Shown here one piece after another: positions 1 to 12,636 of a stretch of DNA of 64,000 nucleotides (its first letter is position 1; each line of letters begins with the position of its first letter). The notes under the pieces are model-generated. The model saw only the letters and a list, made by a program, of their open reading frames with translations. It made no database searches and was not told the origin of the DNA. Source of the DNA: Oculina patagonica (lineage: Eukaryota); the NCBI RefSeq assembly GCF_052425735.1, contig NW_027558470.1, positions 1 to 64,000 of the forward strand. The letters are read 5' to 3'. The translations under genes and the position numbers were made by a program.

Positions 1-1637
1 GCCCCAGACTAATTTTTAGCGGAGCTCCTTAGCGGCCCGTAAGGGCCGCAGAGCGGAGCACCATACCCATAAAAAAAACACATGAAAAAAAAAAAAAAAA
101 CACATGAAATAAAATAGGAAACCTCTGCATCCGAGTTTTCATGGTCATCATGGCTAGCGGCATGCCTCGCGGGCGCGTACGGCGGCGTACAAACGTACTT
201 ACGGTGTTGCGCACATCCGGGATCTTGAAAGGTCTTGACAACTCGCGCAGTACTGGCGCGAAATAATTTTGCAGTGTGAGGAAAAAAAAGTGTGAGGTCT
301 AAACAGCTAGTCTGAAAGTTAGAACTTGAGACAAACACATTTATTTTGGCTCCTTGTTATGCCGATGACTACAAACGAGAGCAGGGTAAACTTAACTTCG
401 AGGAAACAGGGTTTAAGCGATTTGCGACGGGAAAGAGATCGCGAGAGATCCAGAAAACCCGGACAGAAAGCAGGCGAAAAAGTATAGCAAAGCGCCTGTC
501 GAACCTGGTAGCAAAGTAGCGAAGAAAAGCGACTAAAATAGCAAGAGAGGTGCCGAGGAAACAGGCAAAGAAATAGCGGAGAACAAGGGAACGGAGATAA
601 AACGAGCAGACGAGTGTACCTACTGCGGCCAACTGGTGAGTACAAAACTGCAGTGTTTCCGTCATTTAATATCTCTACGTTTTGTCTTAAGCTTACTTTA
701 TACGCAAAGTAAGCTTATATTGACGGCACATTTTACTTGCTTTCGCCACTAAGCATTTGCTTGTGACATGAACAATGTTGAAAAATACTATTCCTTAAAA
801 TTCAGTTTTACCAGGTTTTACTGATCAAATAGGAGGATTTGATTATGTAAACAAATAATTGTTGGGCCTTCGAGGAACGAATTCACAAAGAATATCACTT
901 CAACACATCTCGAAGAAAATTAAGCTTACGATTTTTAAATGCTTGTGATATGATTATTTTGTTTTACAGTGCTGGAAGAGCAGCTGAGATGAGAATGAAA
1001 GTGATGTCAGTTTGCACGAAGCACCTGGAATTTCGTTAACTCCGAGTGAAATAGATCGATTCAGTGTATGCAGTTTATTGATATTCATGATGGAGGTAAA
1101 ATTACTGTTCATTTAGTCAGAGTAAATAAACTTCAGCTTCATTACTTAGCTCTTTCGTTCCCAAATATATTAAATAATCCACTTGTCATGTAGTTCTGTT
1201 CACTATTGAGCGTTCATGTGGATTACATAACAATGTCAACAATTTTGAGATTTTGAGGTCTGTTTTGCTGGTTTCATTCAGAATGTCAACAGTAAATGTT
1301 ATATTTGTCATAAAAAAATCACAATCTTGTTGTGGAATTTGGAAAATGCACACAACAAAGGTTAATGACTACTGGAAAACTGGAATCTTTGTGAGTAAAT
1401 TCATGCCATTTTAGACACTGTATGCAGCTGTGCATGCAAACTTATTATTAATTAAATGTGTATCTTTAAAAATCTTAGTATTACTGTTAAGAAAAAAGCT
1501 TTTAAGATGTGGCAATGTTTTTCCTATGCATGTACATGTATATATAGGGGTAGAGGGGAGAGGGAGTATTTAAAGGTCAAACCTTTTAAAGAGGGAGTGT
1601 AAGGGTTTGCAGTGATGCTTTGAGTTTATTAAAATAT

Positions 1638-2723
1638 CAGGACCTGAACAATCGATGGAATCGATAATCGATGGCAATCGATAACAATCGATGACAATCG
1701 ATATCAATTAATCGATTGATATTGATAATCGATGAACAATCGATCGCTAAAGTTTTTGTGATTATCGATTGTCATCGATTATCAATTTCATCGATAATCG
1801 ATGACAATCGATCAATTAACTAACATCGATTTTCATCGATTATCAATATCATCGATTACCAATTCAATCGATCATTTAACTGCCATCGTTTTTTATTTGA
1901 CTAGTATTTGATAAATATGTTTACTTTAAAACACACGGTCTCTCTTGTATGTTATATTTTATTAGCAACAACAATGATAACCTTTCCAAAAAATGTCAAT
2001 ACAACGAGAAACTTACTTACTTAACAGTAATAAGGCAATAATTATTTAAAACAAACGTTTTGAGCTTAAGTCTTATTCGCCTCCATCAACGAAGCGTACG
2101 CTTTTCGGTCTGGTTTGCTTTCGAACCAACTCCTGGCAAAGTAAATAGAAATCGCAACTTACAGAATTCCTCGCTGTCTAAGTACAATGTAATTTTTCTA
2201 AAACTCTGTCTTGTAGTCCATAAACATTTTCTCGCTCGTCCGAAATATTTCAAATCAAACAGTAGCAGAGAGAACTCAAAAATACGTCGTCCGTACGTCG
2301 GAACGAAAACGAGACAACAGTGGGAGTCTGGTGATGAGTTTCGCCTGTCACGTCCGCCATTTTTGACTCGGTCACGAATAACGAAGTGTCTTTGGAATTC
2401 TAGCGCTAGCAAACAGTAGGAAACTCGAATGAAAAACAGAAACATTAAAGCTTATGATGTAAACTTCATCTCAATGGAAAGGAGCTTTATTATTTTTTTT
2501 TACAAAACAACATATGTAAGTATTTACTTCATGCTTCGGATTGATTGTGTGTTTAATGCCAATCGATGGCAATCGATGAAGTTCGCGACCACCAAAGTGT
2601 GATTATCGATTGATCATCGATTGGCCGATGCCAATCGATGCCAATCAACAGTAATTAATCGATTGTCATCGATTGATCGATTGATTTTCCGATCATCGAT
2701 TTTCATCGATTGTTCAGGTCCTG
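1638..2723. mobile_element. hAT-like MITE with ATCGAT-rich subterminal repeats
   Basis: TIR CAGGACCTGAACAATCGATG / CATCGATTGTTCAGGTCCTG; flanking direct repeat AAATAT (1632-1637, 2724-2729); many ATCGAT motifs at both ends. Confidence 0.8.
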
Positions 2724-2732
2724 AAATATTTA

Positions 2733-3237
2733 CAGTAGACCCCTGCTAACTCGAAGTCTGAAGGGAAACGAAAATGAGTTCGAGTTAGCGGGGTTTTTCG
2801 AGTTAGCGGGGTTGATTGAATATTTTATTTGCCAAGTTAATAATTGATAGTTTACTGATTTTTAAGCACTTCAGTATACAGTACTGTGCAAATTGAACTT
2901 ATCTTGCCAGAAACTCTAAAGCGACCACACATTCTTTTGTTAAGAGTGGAAAATGACTGTCAAATACATGATCTGTTCATTGCTATAATCAATGGGCAAC
3001 CGTTGCGAGTTGCAAGTTCTGGAATTCGAGTTATCAGCGTAAAAAGTTTGACCCAAATTTTGTTCAAGGGAAACAAAATTTAGTTCGAGTTAGCGGGGTT
3101 TTCGAGTTATCCGAGTTCGAATTTAACCGAGTAAAAATGACTGAAAAGTGGGGTCAAATCCAAGGGAAATGGAAGTGAGTTTGAGTTAGCAAGGTTGTTC
3201 GAGTTATCCGAGTTCGAGTTACCGGTTTTTTTTTCTG
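2733..3237. mobile_element. Tc1/mariner (pogo-like) MITE
   Basis: TA|CAGTAGACCCCTGCTAACTCGAA ... TTCGAGTTACCGG...CTG|TA; internal TTCGAGTTA repeats. Confidence 0.7.
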
Positions 3238-4595
3238 TAGTTGACTTCGCAGTTATCAGTAAAAAAAATAGTCTGTGCTGATACATCTCTGTTAAATATA
3301 TAAGGTATCCTTTCGCATCCAGTAGTTTTGCTTCACTTTATACAAGCTTGCGTTAAGTGTTTTGTTTTATAAATTATTGATTTTCATACCAATTAATCAA
3401 TTTTAATTTAATCTGTGGCATTTGACTTTTTTCAGGGTTAACATGAATTTCAGAATTTGCAGAGCCACAGACACAAAAACAGAATGTGGACAAGGACATC
3501 AAAAGAAAACAGGAAGGATTAAGATTATCCAGCTTGATGTTTGGGTGTCTTCATGATGCCATTTTCAAGAGACTAGTAAATTACATGTAAATTGAAATCA
3601 AGAAAAGCTGCAAATGAGCAAAGTTTATATTTTAAATGTTAACGTATTTACAGTGTACTTCAGAAAACAACTTCTTGATTGACCTGTCTCTTTCACATCT
3701 TTTTAGATGTAACAAGGGCATTATGAAGTGATCTTTTTAAGAATAATTTATGCAGCCAAAACAGTAACAGCAGAAATGAATGGGAGTTTAAAATTGCTAT
3801 TTTCAATGTTTTGGCTGGTAAGAAACCACATGTGACCAAGCTAAAATCTCTTTGGCCGGTTAACATGACCTGTAAGTGTCCAAATATTTTGAGCCCTCGA
3901 CTACACAGGACTTACATGTAGTTGTCTAATTACTGTATATCATAAGATCTTTGGTTGACCTTGGGGGAGGTAGTGGAGGTAAAAAGCAATGTAATAATTT
4001 GAATTTGGATTGGTAATGCTGAAACTGGTGTAATTCTTAAGTATAGAGGTTAAAATCGTGATTGCAAGCAATATGCAATACCAATTTCATTCTTATGTGT
4101 TGTATGCTGCGTACAATTTATAAGAACAGCTATAATGTTAAAATTAGTGAAATATTCTAAAGCCAGATTAAATTTGCAGTATCCATTAGGTACCATGAAG
4201 CAACCAAATTGTGACTCATTTGCTTACTTTGTGAACTTCATGACGAATGGGCAACATGACTCCACAAAAATGTGTACAATAAAGCATACAAATTTTTAAA
4301 AGAGCAGTCAAAGTATTGATGCTTTTTTTCTTGCATAGTTTTATACACAAGCAAACATGATTCTATTTTTTCTGCGTAATCAAAGAACAAAACTGAGTTT
4401 GAGACTCACAAACAATATTCTATCTTCCCAGAATTTTTTTTTTTTTATTTCTGTAAGTGAAGTGAAACCCCTTAAGAGGAAGGGGACTCAAAAAGACATG
4501 TAAAAGTAAAAAAGGTGCTATCATCCTTTTTTTTTGGGGGGGGGGGGGGGCGAGGGGGGTGGGATGGGGTTACAGAATGTCCCTTCTTTGCTTCC

Positions 4596-4739
4596 AGTTA
4601 GTTTCACTCCGGTTTGCTTGTAGTTAGGTTCACCCCTGTTTGCTCGCAGTTAGCTTTATTCATCCGGTGTGCTTGGGATTAGCTTTCACTCTAGTTTGCT
4701 TGTGGTTAGCTTTCACTCCGGTTTGCTTGGCATTAGCTT
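4596..4739. repeat. ~30-bp minisatellite (GTTAGCTTTCACTCCGGTTTGCTTG-like)
   Basis: About five degenerate tandem units; a similar array occurs in reverse orientation at ~12215-12370. Confidence 0.7.
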
Positions 4740-5112
4740 ATGGCAATATGCTGTAAACCCTTTGCTACATGTATGACCTCTGCCATTTCCATTCAAAATT
4801 AAAATATAGGCAAATAGTGAAAATAAAAACAAATGAATGAATGAAAAAAAGAAAATTAACCATATTCTTAATGTAGATGTATATTATTTCCTATATACTC
4901 TAAATGTTAAGTGCTTTGCTAATTTACCACGTGATATGCCTATCTACCCCAACATGCAGCCCTACTACCCCCTCCTTATCTTCGAAGGTTACATAATTAC
5001 CCGTTTTGCAGCATAATTTCCCATCCAGACTTCTGGATCATAATGCTGTCGGTGGAATTAAAACGTTTTGATTGATTTTGTTTGTTCTCGGCTTATTTGG
5101 TGTTGCTGTATA

Positions 5113-5511
5113 CGGTACTCCCATATAAGGGCTATACGGGTATGTGCTGCTCAACAGGGTGTGCCTTTTGCCTCTCTGACTCTGAAACAGGGTATACAAA
5201 TCACTCTTTTGACTGTGGAACACTATCAAGTTTAGCTATGAAAATCCGCTCCTCTCATTGGTTTTTCTCCAAGCCACAGACAAAGTCAAGTGAGCGCTTT
5301 GTGATGTACGCTAGTGTTTTTATATCTATCTTCATATATTTTTCATTGTGGATATTGTCTGGAACAGGGTACCTATTTTGCACTGTTTGTCTGGAACAGG
5401 GTCGCAAATTGAGCCGTTTTTCTCTGGAACAGGTCCAGAGTCTCAGCGACTCAGTGGCACACCCCTTGAGTAAATTTTAGGGAGTACCTCTCCCCCCCCC
5501 CCCCCCCCGGG
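5113..5511. mobile_element. Partial MITE with GGTACTCCC / GGGAGTACC...CCGG ends
   Basis: GGTACTCCC at ~5114 and GGGAGTACC + poly-C + GG at ~5480-5511; internal GAACAGGGT repeats. Confidence 0.45.
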
Positions 5512-5971
5512 ACACGGTAAAAAAAAGTAAGTAACAATATTAAAATTTATAAAAAAAAAAATAAAACGAATATTATATTCTTAGCCTTAAAATTGTACAA
5601 TGGCTTGAATTCAGGTTTCAATAAAGTGCAAAATAATTAACTGGGGAGCTCCGCTTTTAGGCTTGCCTAAATCTATATATTATACCATTAAAAAGAACTC
5701 CATTTTCACTTATTCACTTGAACTGAGGAGAAAGCGACCAAAGAAGACTGCTGATAGTCACGCTATTTCTTCCATGAATGTTCATAACATTTTCTTGGCA
5801 ACTTTATGTTTTTTTAAATACACGTTTTATACACCGCCATGTTGATCGAGTGGAATTTATGCTAATGAACTGAATGAAGAGTCATCTGGAAATAGTTGGC
5901 CCAGCACCGCTAATCGTTTACACTACCCATTTTATTCGAGGCGGGTTTGTTTTCAGGAACACTTATTTATC

Positions 5972-6042
5972 TACTTACTAACTAACTTACTTACTTACTT
6001 ACTTACTCACTCACTCACTCACTCACTCACTCACTCACTCAC
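5972..6042. repeat. Compound tetranucleotide microsatellite (TTAC)n(TCAC)n
   Basis: Read directly; it ends where the GTCCCCACA-rich block begins. Confidence 0.95.
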
Positions 6043-6676
6043 TTGTGTGGGTTGACAAACCTATATTTATGGGGACTTCTGTCTACACACAGGCCTCACT
6101 TGTGGGGACAGTTAGAATTGTGGGGACATTTTGAGGTCCCCACAAAAAAAATTGGTCTTTGTCCCGAAAAAAATAAATATTTCTCCCAGCTGTTATTCGC
6201 AATTTAAAGTAACACCTTTGGGAATACAAGAGGTGTGTGGACTAAGTAGACATAACTCCCTTTTAGGCTTTTATTTCGATATTTCCAAGGTCCCCACAAG
6301 TCACTGGATGTTGATTTCAGTCAGGCACATTTGTGGGGACTCTCACACAGGTTGACTTTGCCAAAGTAGGTTTATGGGGACGTAGATGTATTATCACTAA
6401 AATTTTACCGAATTTTTTTCTCAGGAACATAAAAGCATTTCGACAGCTAGAAGTAACAAGTATTTGGTACTTTGGGAACGAAATCGTCATTATTTGTGAG
6501 AGTCCCCACAATACTAGTATGAAGTTTATCAGCAGGTCCCACAATGGTATCATGGAACAGCTCAGGGCTCTCGTAAAGTCTATAAAGAACATAAGCTCAT
6601 TTTCATAGCAAGTACATGTATTTAGTACTTGGGAGAAATGAAATGAAATTCTCATTATTTCTGGCAGTCCCCACAA
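6043..6676. repeat. Cluster of GTCCCCACA/TGTGGGGAC motifs in both orientations; candidate transposon terminus
   Basis: Exact or near copies at ~6069, 6101, 6119, 6136, 6236, 6289, 6332, 6375, 6502, 6536, 6667. Confidence 0.75.
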
Positions 6677-6855
6677 AAGGAGTGTAAACTTTTGCCATTA
6701 TCCTTGTTTGAAGATGTCATAGGGGTAACTTGGACAATATCAAGGGTGGGCATCAAAGGGTAGCGCTGTAAAAAAAAAAACAAAAAAACAGACACATCTA
6801 GCATACAATTGGTAACTTTAATTCCATTCATCATAACACAAACAGGTTCAATTGT

Positions 6856-7515
6856 TCATGTCCAGCCGTCACCATCACTATCTGGTGGCTCAGGTTCGCA
6901 AAGCTTACATCCTCGAGCAGGACAACCGTGCCGTCTAAATTCCCCTAAAAAGAAATGGTCATTGTCGTACCACCTGTCCCTACTCCGTAACAGAGATTTT
7001 AACTTCTTTCTAAAGACATGGTAAGGCCACGATTCATCGATCACAAAAACTCTCAAATCTAAAAAAGTTGTAAATGCTCGATAAACCCATTCCCACTGTG
7101 CTAAATAATGCGAAAAATACAATACTCCGATAAAACTATGGATGTCGTAATAACCATCCTCCTGTCCATGATAATAACGACACTTACTACTATACCTTTT
7201 AATACATTTAAGGCAGCGATAATCTAATAAATCAAGTACGTCTTCTTCATCAATAAGTAAATAGTGACAGGTTTTAATGAAATGTGTAATATCTAATTCC
7301 GGTTTACATATTTTTTTTCTACCTACCAAAATAAGGAGGTGATCTTTACTGAGAACCTCCTCTGGAAAACTAAGAGGTTCAGACCACATGCTCCTCAAAC
7401 CGGGATCCAAAAAGAATCTTATCAGTTCGGATATACTCGTCAACCGGGCCACTTCGTGGGAGGAAAGTGTGACCCGAGTAGACTGACCCAACTGAATTAT
7501 CACTTCGCCATTCAT
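6856..7515 (-). CDS. Intronless 219-aa protein, BTB/POZ-Skp1-like N-terminus, C-terminal CxxxxCxxC motif
   Basis: Intact ORF in otherwise ORF-poor DNA. LTSISELIRFFLD..W.EPLSFPEEV..DHLLILV...FIKTCHYLLID resembles the BTB/Skp1 pattern; ends HGCPARGCKLC. Confidence 0.55.
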   Translation of the reverse strand: MNGEVIIQLGQSTRVTLSSHEVARLTSISELIRFFLDPGLRSMWSEPLSFPEEVLSKDHLLILVGRKKICKPELDITHFIKTCHYLLIDEEDVLDLLDYRCLKCIKRYSSKCRYYHGQEDGYYDIHSFIGVLYFSHYLAQWEWVYRAFTTFLDLRVFVIDESWPYHVFRKKLKSLLRSRDRWYDNDHFFLGEFRRHGCPARGCKLCEPEPPDSDGDGWT

Positions 7516-8507
7516 GTTCCCAACGCGAAAAATATTTTAATCCTGTAACCAATAAAAATATTGCCCGCAAACCCTCCCACAGGAAAAAAAAAAAAAGTTG
7601 TTTCTTGTAATACGAGGGAGAATGGCGAAAACTTTAAAATAGATAATTCAGTCAGCTCAGTGCAGTAAGAAGGGCGAACTCCATAAACAAACTAAATACA
7701 GTCAAATACAAATAAGCAATATATTTACAGCAATTATAAAAGCAAAAATACGCGGACATTGTCCCACACTCGGATTTTATATTTTCGATCCTGAATATTG
7801 TTGTGATTCTTTAGAAAATCGGAGTTGTGGCCATCAAAAGAGCGTGCTTTCAAGTTGAAGTTTTCGTAATATTCAAATAAACACTTGCAGCCATGAATGG
7901 GATCGGTAGGGTAATGACTGCATCGAGTTGTCAGTTGATAACAAACTGCGGTAAAACGGCACCTTGAATTGGTTGCCACTGCTTTGTATCAAATTAAGCT
8001 GTAAATATATTACTTGATTTGTGACCAAAACGGTCGCTTTCCTTTTTTCTTCATTAATGGTTCCACTAAAAGAACTAAGATAAACCCTCTTCTCTGGGCG
8101 CTATCAAGCTCGATTTCCCAAATTATGCGGTGGCAACTTAATGTATATACGGAGAAAATAAAAATTTTAAACCTCTCTTCAAGTCGCGACCAAGTTTCCC
8201 TTAACAGAAGAAGTTCTTACTTCTGCTCTACGCCGTGGTAAAAGTTCCTGAGAAAGGCTTTTTAATTTCCGGGTCCGAGTTAAAATTTGCAAAAACAGAT
8301 TCCGAATTCATCAAGATTTGTCAACTTGGCGCGCTTACAAGAATGAAGGGTTTGCTTAAAGATCAAGTAGAATGGAACACCGTTTATATGAGAACCGACC
8401 AGCTGAAGTCTAATTATAATAATCTTTTTAAAACCAACTACACTAGCACACAGTGCTGTAAATTGATTGCCAGTAATCAAACACCCCCTCTAAGTGTAAT
8501 AATAACA

Positions 8508-9668
8508 CTAAATTTACACCAACCATAATTGCAAGAAAAATAAACGCAAAATGTACGCTAAATTTAATTACTTAACTCACCGTAAATGTAATTGAATTTA
8601 ACGCTATGTGTAATTATCATATCAACCATAAATAAAATATGTGTTGCGTTAACCCTAAAGGTAATAATACTTTACTAAGATCGCCCATAGATCACTGTAG
8701 CTTGCCTCGAGACTACCAAAAATCACTCGGAGCCTCAGCGAGCCTTATAAAAGCTCACTGAGGTACTGCAAAGTAACGAAGACTAACGGAGAGTTTCTGA
8801 TGAATGAAGATCGCCAATGTACTGCGAGATTATCGAAGGCAAATCGAGTATGTCCAAAGATTTACAAACATAATTTTCAAGATAGATTGCGAAGGATTGC
8901 ACAAAGTCAACCCTAAAAATCTTTCTGGATGCGTCCAAGAGCGAGAGTAGCATGGCAATACCAGAGAAAATACGGCTAGTAAAAACAATGGCTTGCAGTA
9001 AATTACAGGAAAACCGTTGATTACTCGATGGTATTTAACCCAACCGTCCTATCCTGCGCTGCGATCTTATTTCCGATGAAATTTAGCATGTGAATTGAAA
9101 CTCAGTCGTGTGCTTTGGAAATGCGCAAATCTGATTGGTTCTCCCACTGTTTTCTATTTCGCTGATAGAACGCAATTACACGCGTGTTGCTCTTTGAAGG
9201 GGCATTTTGTTCATGGTTATTGGCTTAAGTACATAAAATTGTGAGTTTTTGAACAGTACCCTTAAGAGTTTCTACTAAAACAATTGGACTACTCGCCCTC
9301 CTCGGCTGCAACTCGTTGCCAGAATATTTGCTCATAGAAAACTCGGGCTCGTAGTCTAATTGATAACATGGGATATTCCACTTGTAACTTGTCTTTTCCT
9401 GATATTCACACTCGCCTGTAGAAAAGCATTGCATAACTAGTATGTCCTATGGGCAATCTGTTTCAAAAATTATGTTTGTAAATCTTTGGTGAGTGACAAC
9501 ACAACACGTATTTTATTTACGGTTGATAAGGTTATTAAACTTAGCGTTTATTTTAATTAAATTTACGGTGGGGTAAGTTATTACGTATAGCCTTGATGTT
9601 TGTTACATTTGCTGTTAGTAGTAGATTTAGCGTTAATTTTTCTTACACTTATGGTTGGTAATACATTT
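8508..9668. repeat. Degenerate inverted repeat (~8508-8610 vs ~9540-9668)
   Basis: CCAACCATAA...AAGAAAAAT...CACCGTAAAT...AACGCTA is matched in reverse complement by TAGCGTT...ATTTACGGTG...TTTTTCTT...TTATGGTTGG. Confidence 0.55.
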
Positions 9669-9787
9669 GGCAGTAATACCTTTGTCCACAATTTGTGGCA
9701 AAGAAATGTTTGGAGCTACTTTTTTATAAAATTTTAGAAATGACTGAAATTTCCGTATGGACAAAAACTTAACAAAGAAATGAGCTT

Positions 9788-9990
9788 ACAGACACAAAAT
9801 CTGCAGATGGCTACTCCGTCATACAACAAGGTCTGCAAACAGCTACTTTGTCATAAAATATGCTGGTTTGTTTTAGAAAGAAGAAAGTACCTTTGAGCCT
9901 CCTTTAAAATTATAAGTACCTAACAAACAGTCAACGGGTTAGAGCTAATGTTACCTGATAATGACAAACAAACATGATGAAAAAGATACC
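9788..9990 (+). repeat. ~200-bp direct repeat, second copy at ~16375-16578
   Basis: ACAGACACAAAATCTGCAGA(T/C)GGCTACTCCGTCATACAACAAG...TTACCTGATAATGACAAACA at both sites; short GCAGACAGCTACTC motifs recur at ~16833 and ~17031. Confidence 0.8.
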
Positions 9991-10043
9991 TAATAACTAT
10001 CACCTTAAACGAAAAATACCAAAATTACAGTCAGGAGTTGACA

Positions 10044-10858
10044 TTAATACTCTTTATAAATTCTGAAGCTGACTTATTTGAGCGTAGAAAACGCTCATAA
10101 TGTGCTCAAGACGTTTCGACCGAGAATCTTCGGTCTTCTTCGGTTGTTATCATGGCATAAAACGGCTTTTTAACGGTTTCGCATTGTACACGCGCGCGAG
10201 TGACTAATACAAATACACGCGAACGCTGCGCGAGACTATGAACATTATGTAAGTGACTTATATACATCAGGGATGTCTATGTGTTCATTTCCCGCATTCT
10301 GGTCCCTCCGCGAATGTCACGCTTCTAGGAAAAGCCTCTTGTGGTAATCGACTGACTTGTCCAACACCGCTGCATGATTGAAATCCATATCATGGCCAAA
10401 CGTGTTCGCGTGTTGCGCGATCTTAGAGTTTTTGTCGCAAACATCAAAGAGCAGTCCGTGTTTGCGACAAAAACTCTAAGATCGCGCAACACGCGAACAC
10501 GTTTGGCCATGATATGGATTTCAATCATGCAGCGGTGTTGGACAAGTCAGTCGATTACCACAAGAGGCTTTTCCTGGAAGCGTGGCATTCGCAGAGGGAC
10601 CAGAATGCGGGAAATGAACACATAGACATCCCTGATGTATATAAGTCACTTACATAATGTTCATAGTCTCGCGCAGCGTTCGCGTGTATTTGTATTAGTC
10701 ACTCGCGCGCGCGTACAATGTGAAACCGTTAAAAAGCCGTTTTATGCCATGATAACAACCGAAGAAGACCGAAGATTCTCGGTCGAAACGTCTTGAGCAC
10801 ATTATGAGCGTTGTTTACGCTCAAATAAGTCAGCGTCAGAATTTATAAAGAGTATTAA
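10044..10858. mobile_element. Penelope-like element 3' fragments in head-to-head inverted duplication (400-bp arms, 15-nt spacer)
   Basis: Arms 10044-10443 and 10459-10858 are near-perfect reverse complements. The plus strand through the spacer and right arm reads HQRAVRVCDKNSKIAQHANTFGHDMDFNHAAVLDKSVDYHKRLFLEAWH...IPDVYKSLT* (GIY-YIG C-terminus). Hammerhead-like CCGAAGA-AGACCGA..TCGGTC-GAAACGTC at 10759-10792. Confidence 0.85.
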
Positions 10859-11946
10859 CTATCACCTTACACAGCATGAAATCTTAAATTTACGATCCCG
10901 TAAAGATGCCGTCTAGAAAGCGTTAAGATCCTCTTTACGAATCTATACGAACCTCTTTACACTTTCGTAAAGAACGTCTATACGCATTGAAAACCATAGT
11001 GCGTAAAGAGTGCGTAGTGAGACTCGAAACGTATCTTTACGCGTGTTGTAAAAAATCGTAAAGAGATTGTTTACGAAATTTTACGGCTACTGTAACGCGA
11101 TCAAAAGTCGATCTTTACGCATTGTTAAACTTTCGTAAATGAGCAGTATTTAAAATCTTTCTGTATTCTTCGGCAATATTTCCTTTTTGGTAACCCGACT
11201 TTTATAAATGTAGGTTTCTGACAACATCTACATAACGCGCAACGCGCGCAACGTAAAAAGCCTATTCAGGACGTTTACGATATTTTACGCTTCCGTAAAC
11301 TGCGATATAATTTACGTACATGTATATATGACTTCCAAGTACTGACCCAGCCCCAACAAGAACAGGAATACATGTTTAATACCTTGCAATTAATTTTATT
11401 GTCAAAACTCAAACAAATCATACATGTCTGTTATTTCAAGAATGAACATTTAGCAGGTCATGTAGGAATGATTTTTTACTTTGCAATGCACGTGGTTTCA
11501 TTTTTTTAACTTATCACTGATTATAAATAACAGTGAATTTATACTAAAATACTTGGAAACAATAACAGGTTTTTTAAAACTTGACTGTCCAGCAAAGTTT
11601 GCATTCTTTGTTTCCACTGTTCAAGGTTGTTTGGCTTTAGTGCCTACATGTATGTGACAGAAAATAATTATTGTTACAGTACTGTAAAATATTTCTTATT
11701 AGCAATTATACAATGTACATTTCCTTTGGCAATAATACATTTCCTTAGAGATGTGTCCACTTATTTAAAGCTTTGTACAGGTAATTCATTTCACTGAATT
11801 TTCAGCATTGCATGCTTAAGAGAAACTAAGTTAAAAGCACAAACAATATTTTTTTGGTGAAATTCCTAATCATGTCCACAGTAGTGTCTACTCTGTTGTG
11901 ATGTTCCTTACAGGCCCAAAGTGGGCCAGCAGTTGCAGGCCTCTGA

Positions 11947-12636
11947 CTCACCATCAACATCTCATGGTTTTGTCATTGCCCTTGCATATGGCATAAGAGT
12001 GTTCCCATGGGGATGCTAAAGTTAAGCGTTTGCTTTTGTAAGACTGGCCCTCTCCCATGGTAGCTGCATGGTAACATGTCACATAATTTTGTAGTCTGTC
12101 TTACCCATAATGAAGATCACTCATGGAGAGTAAAAATTCTGTGAGTCAAATGAGTCAATGATTATGAGTCGAATGTTAAATTTGAAAATAGTGTTGCCCT
12201 TACTAATAAATGAAAGCTAACTGCAAGCAAACTAGAGTGGAACTAGCTGCAAGCAGACCTGAATAAAACTATTGGCAAGTAAACCAGAGCGGAACTATCT
12301 ACATGTACAAGCAAACTTAAGTGCAACTAACCGCAATCAAATCGGGGTTGCAGAACTAACCATAAGCAAAGTACACGTACAGTGCTTCTAAGCTAACTTG
12401 TATAAAGGGAAACTATGGTTTAATAGACAATTACCCACTTTGTGTAAAATTCACCTTGACTCACGACTCATAGAAACTTTACTCTCCATGACGAGTGGTC
12501 TTCATTATGGGAGAGACACCTACCATTGGGAGAGGGCCAGTCTTACAAAAAGCAAAAGTTTAACTTCAGCACACCCATGGAAACATTCTAATGCCATGCA
12601 AGGGCAATGACAAAACCATGAGATGTGATAGTGAGA
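11947..12636. mobile_element. Foldback/MITE nested in the CACTA element
   Basis: ~11947-12170 is the reverse complement of ~12458-12636 (CATCTCATGGTTTTGTCATTGCCCTTGCAT / ATGCAAGGGCAATGACAAAACCATGAGATG). Confidence 0.7.

Larger units (their letters stand above)
13..5681 (+). mobile_element. Non-autonomous Helentron/DINE-1-like element (~5.7 kb) containing nested MITEs
   Basis: T-run then subterminal IR AGCGGAGCTCC (18-28) and hairpin GCGGCCC-GTAA-GGGCCGC (32-49). Exact reverse complement GGAGCTCCGCT at 5645-5655, followed at once by stem-loop TTTAGGC-TT-GCCTAAA (5656-5671). This subTIR plus 3' hairpin layout is typical of Helentron-derived elements. No Rep/Hel ORF. Confidence 0.65.

Noticed and set aside
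10325-10625. Mirror-image ORFs MIEIHIMAKR on both strands
   Set aside because: Artefact of the palindrome; the meaningful frame is the Penelope GIY-YIG tail.
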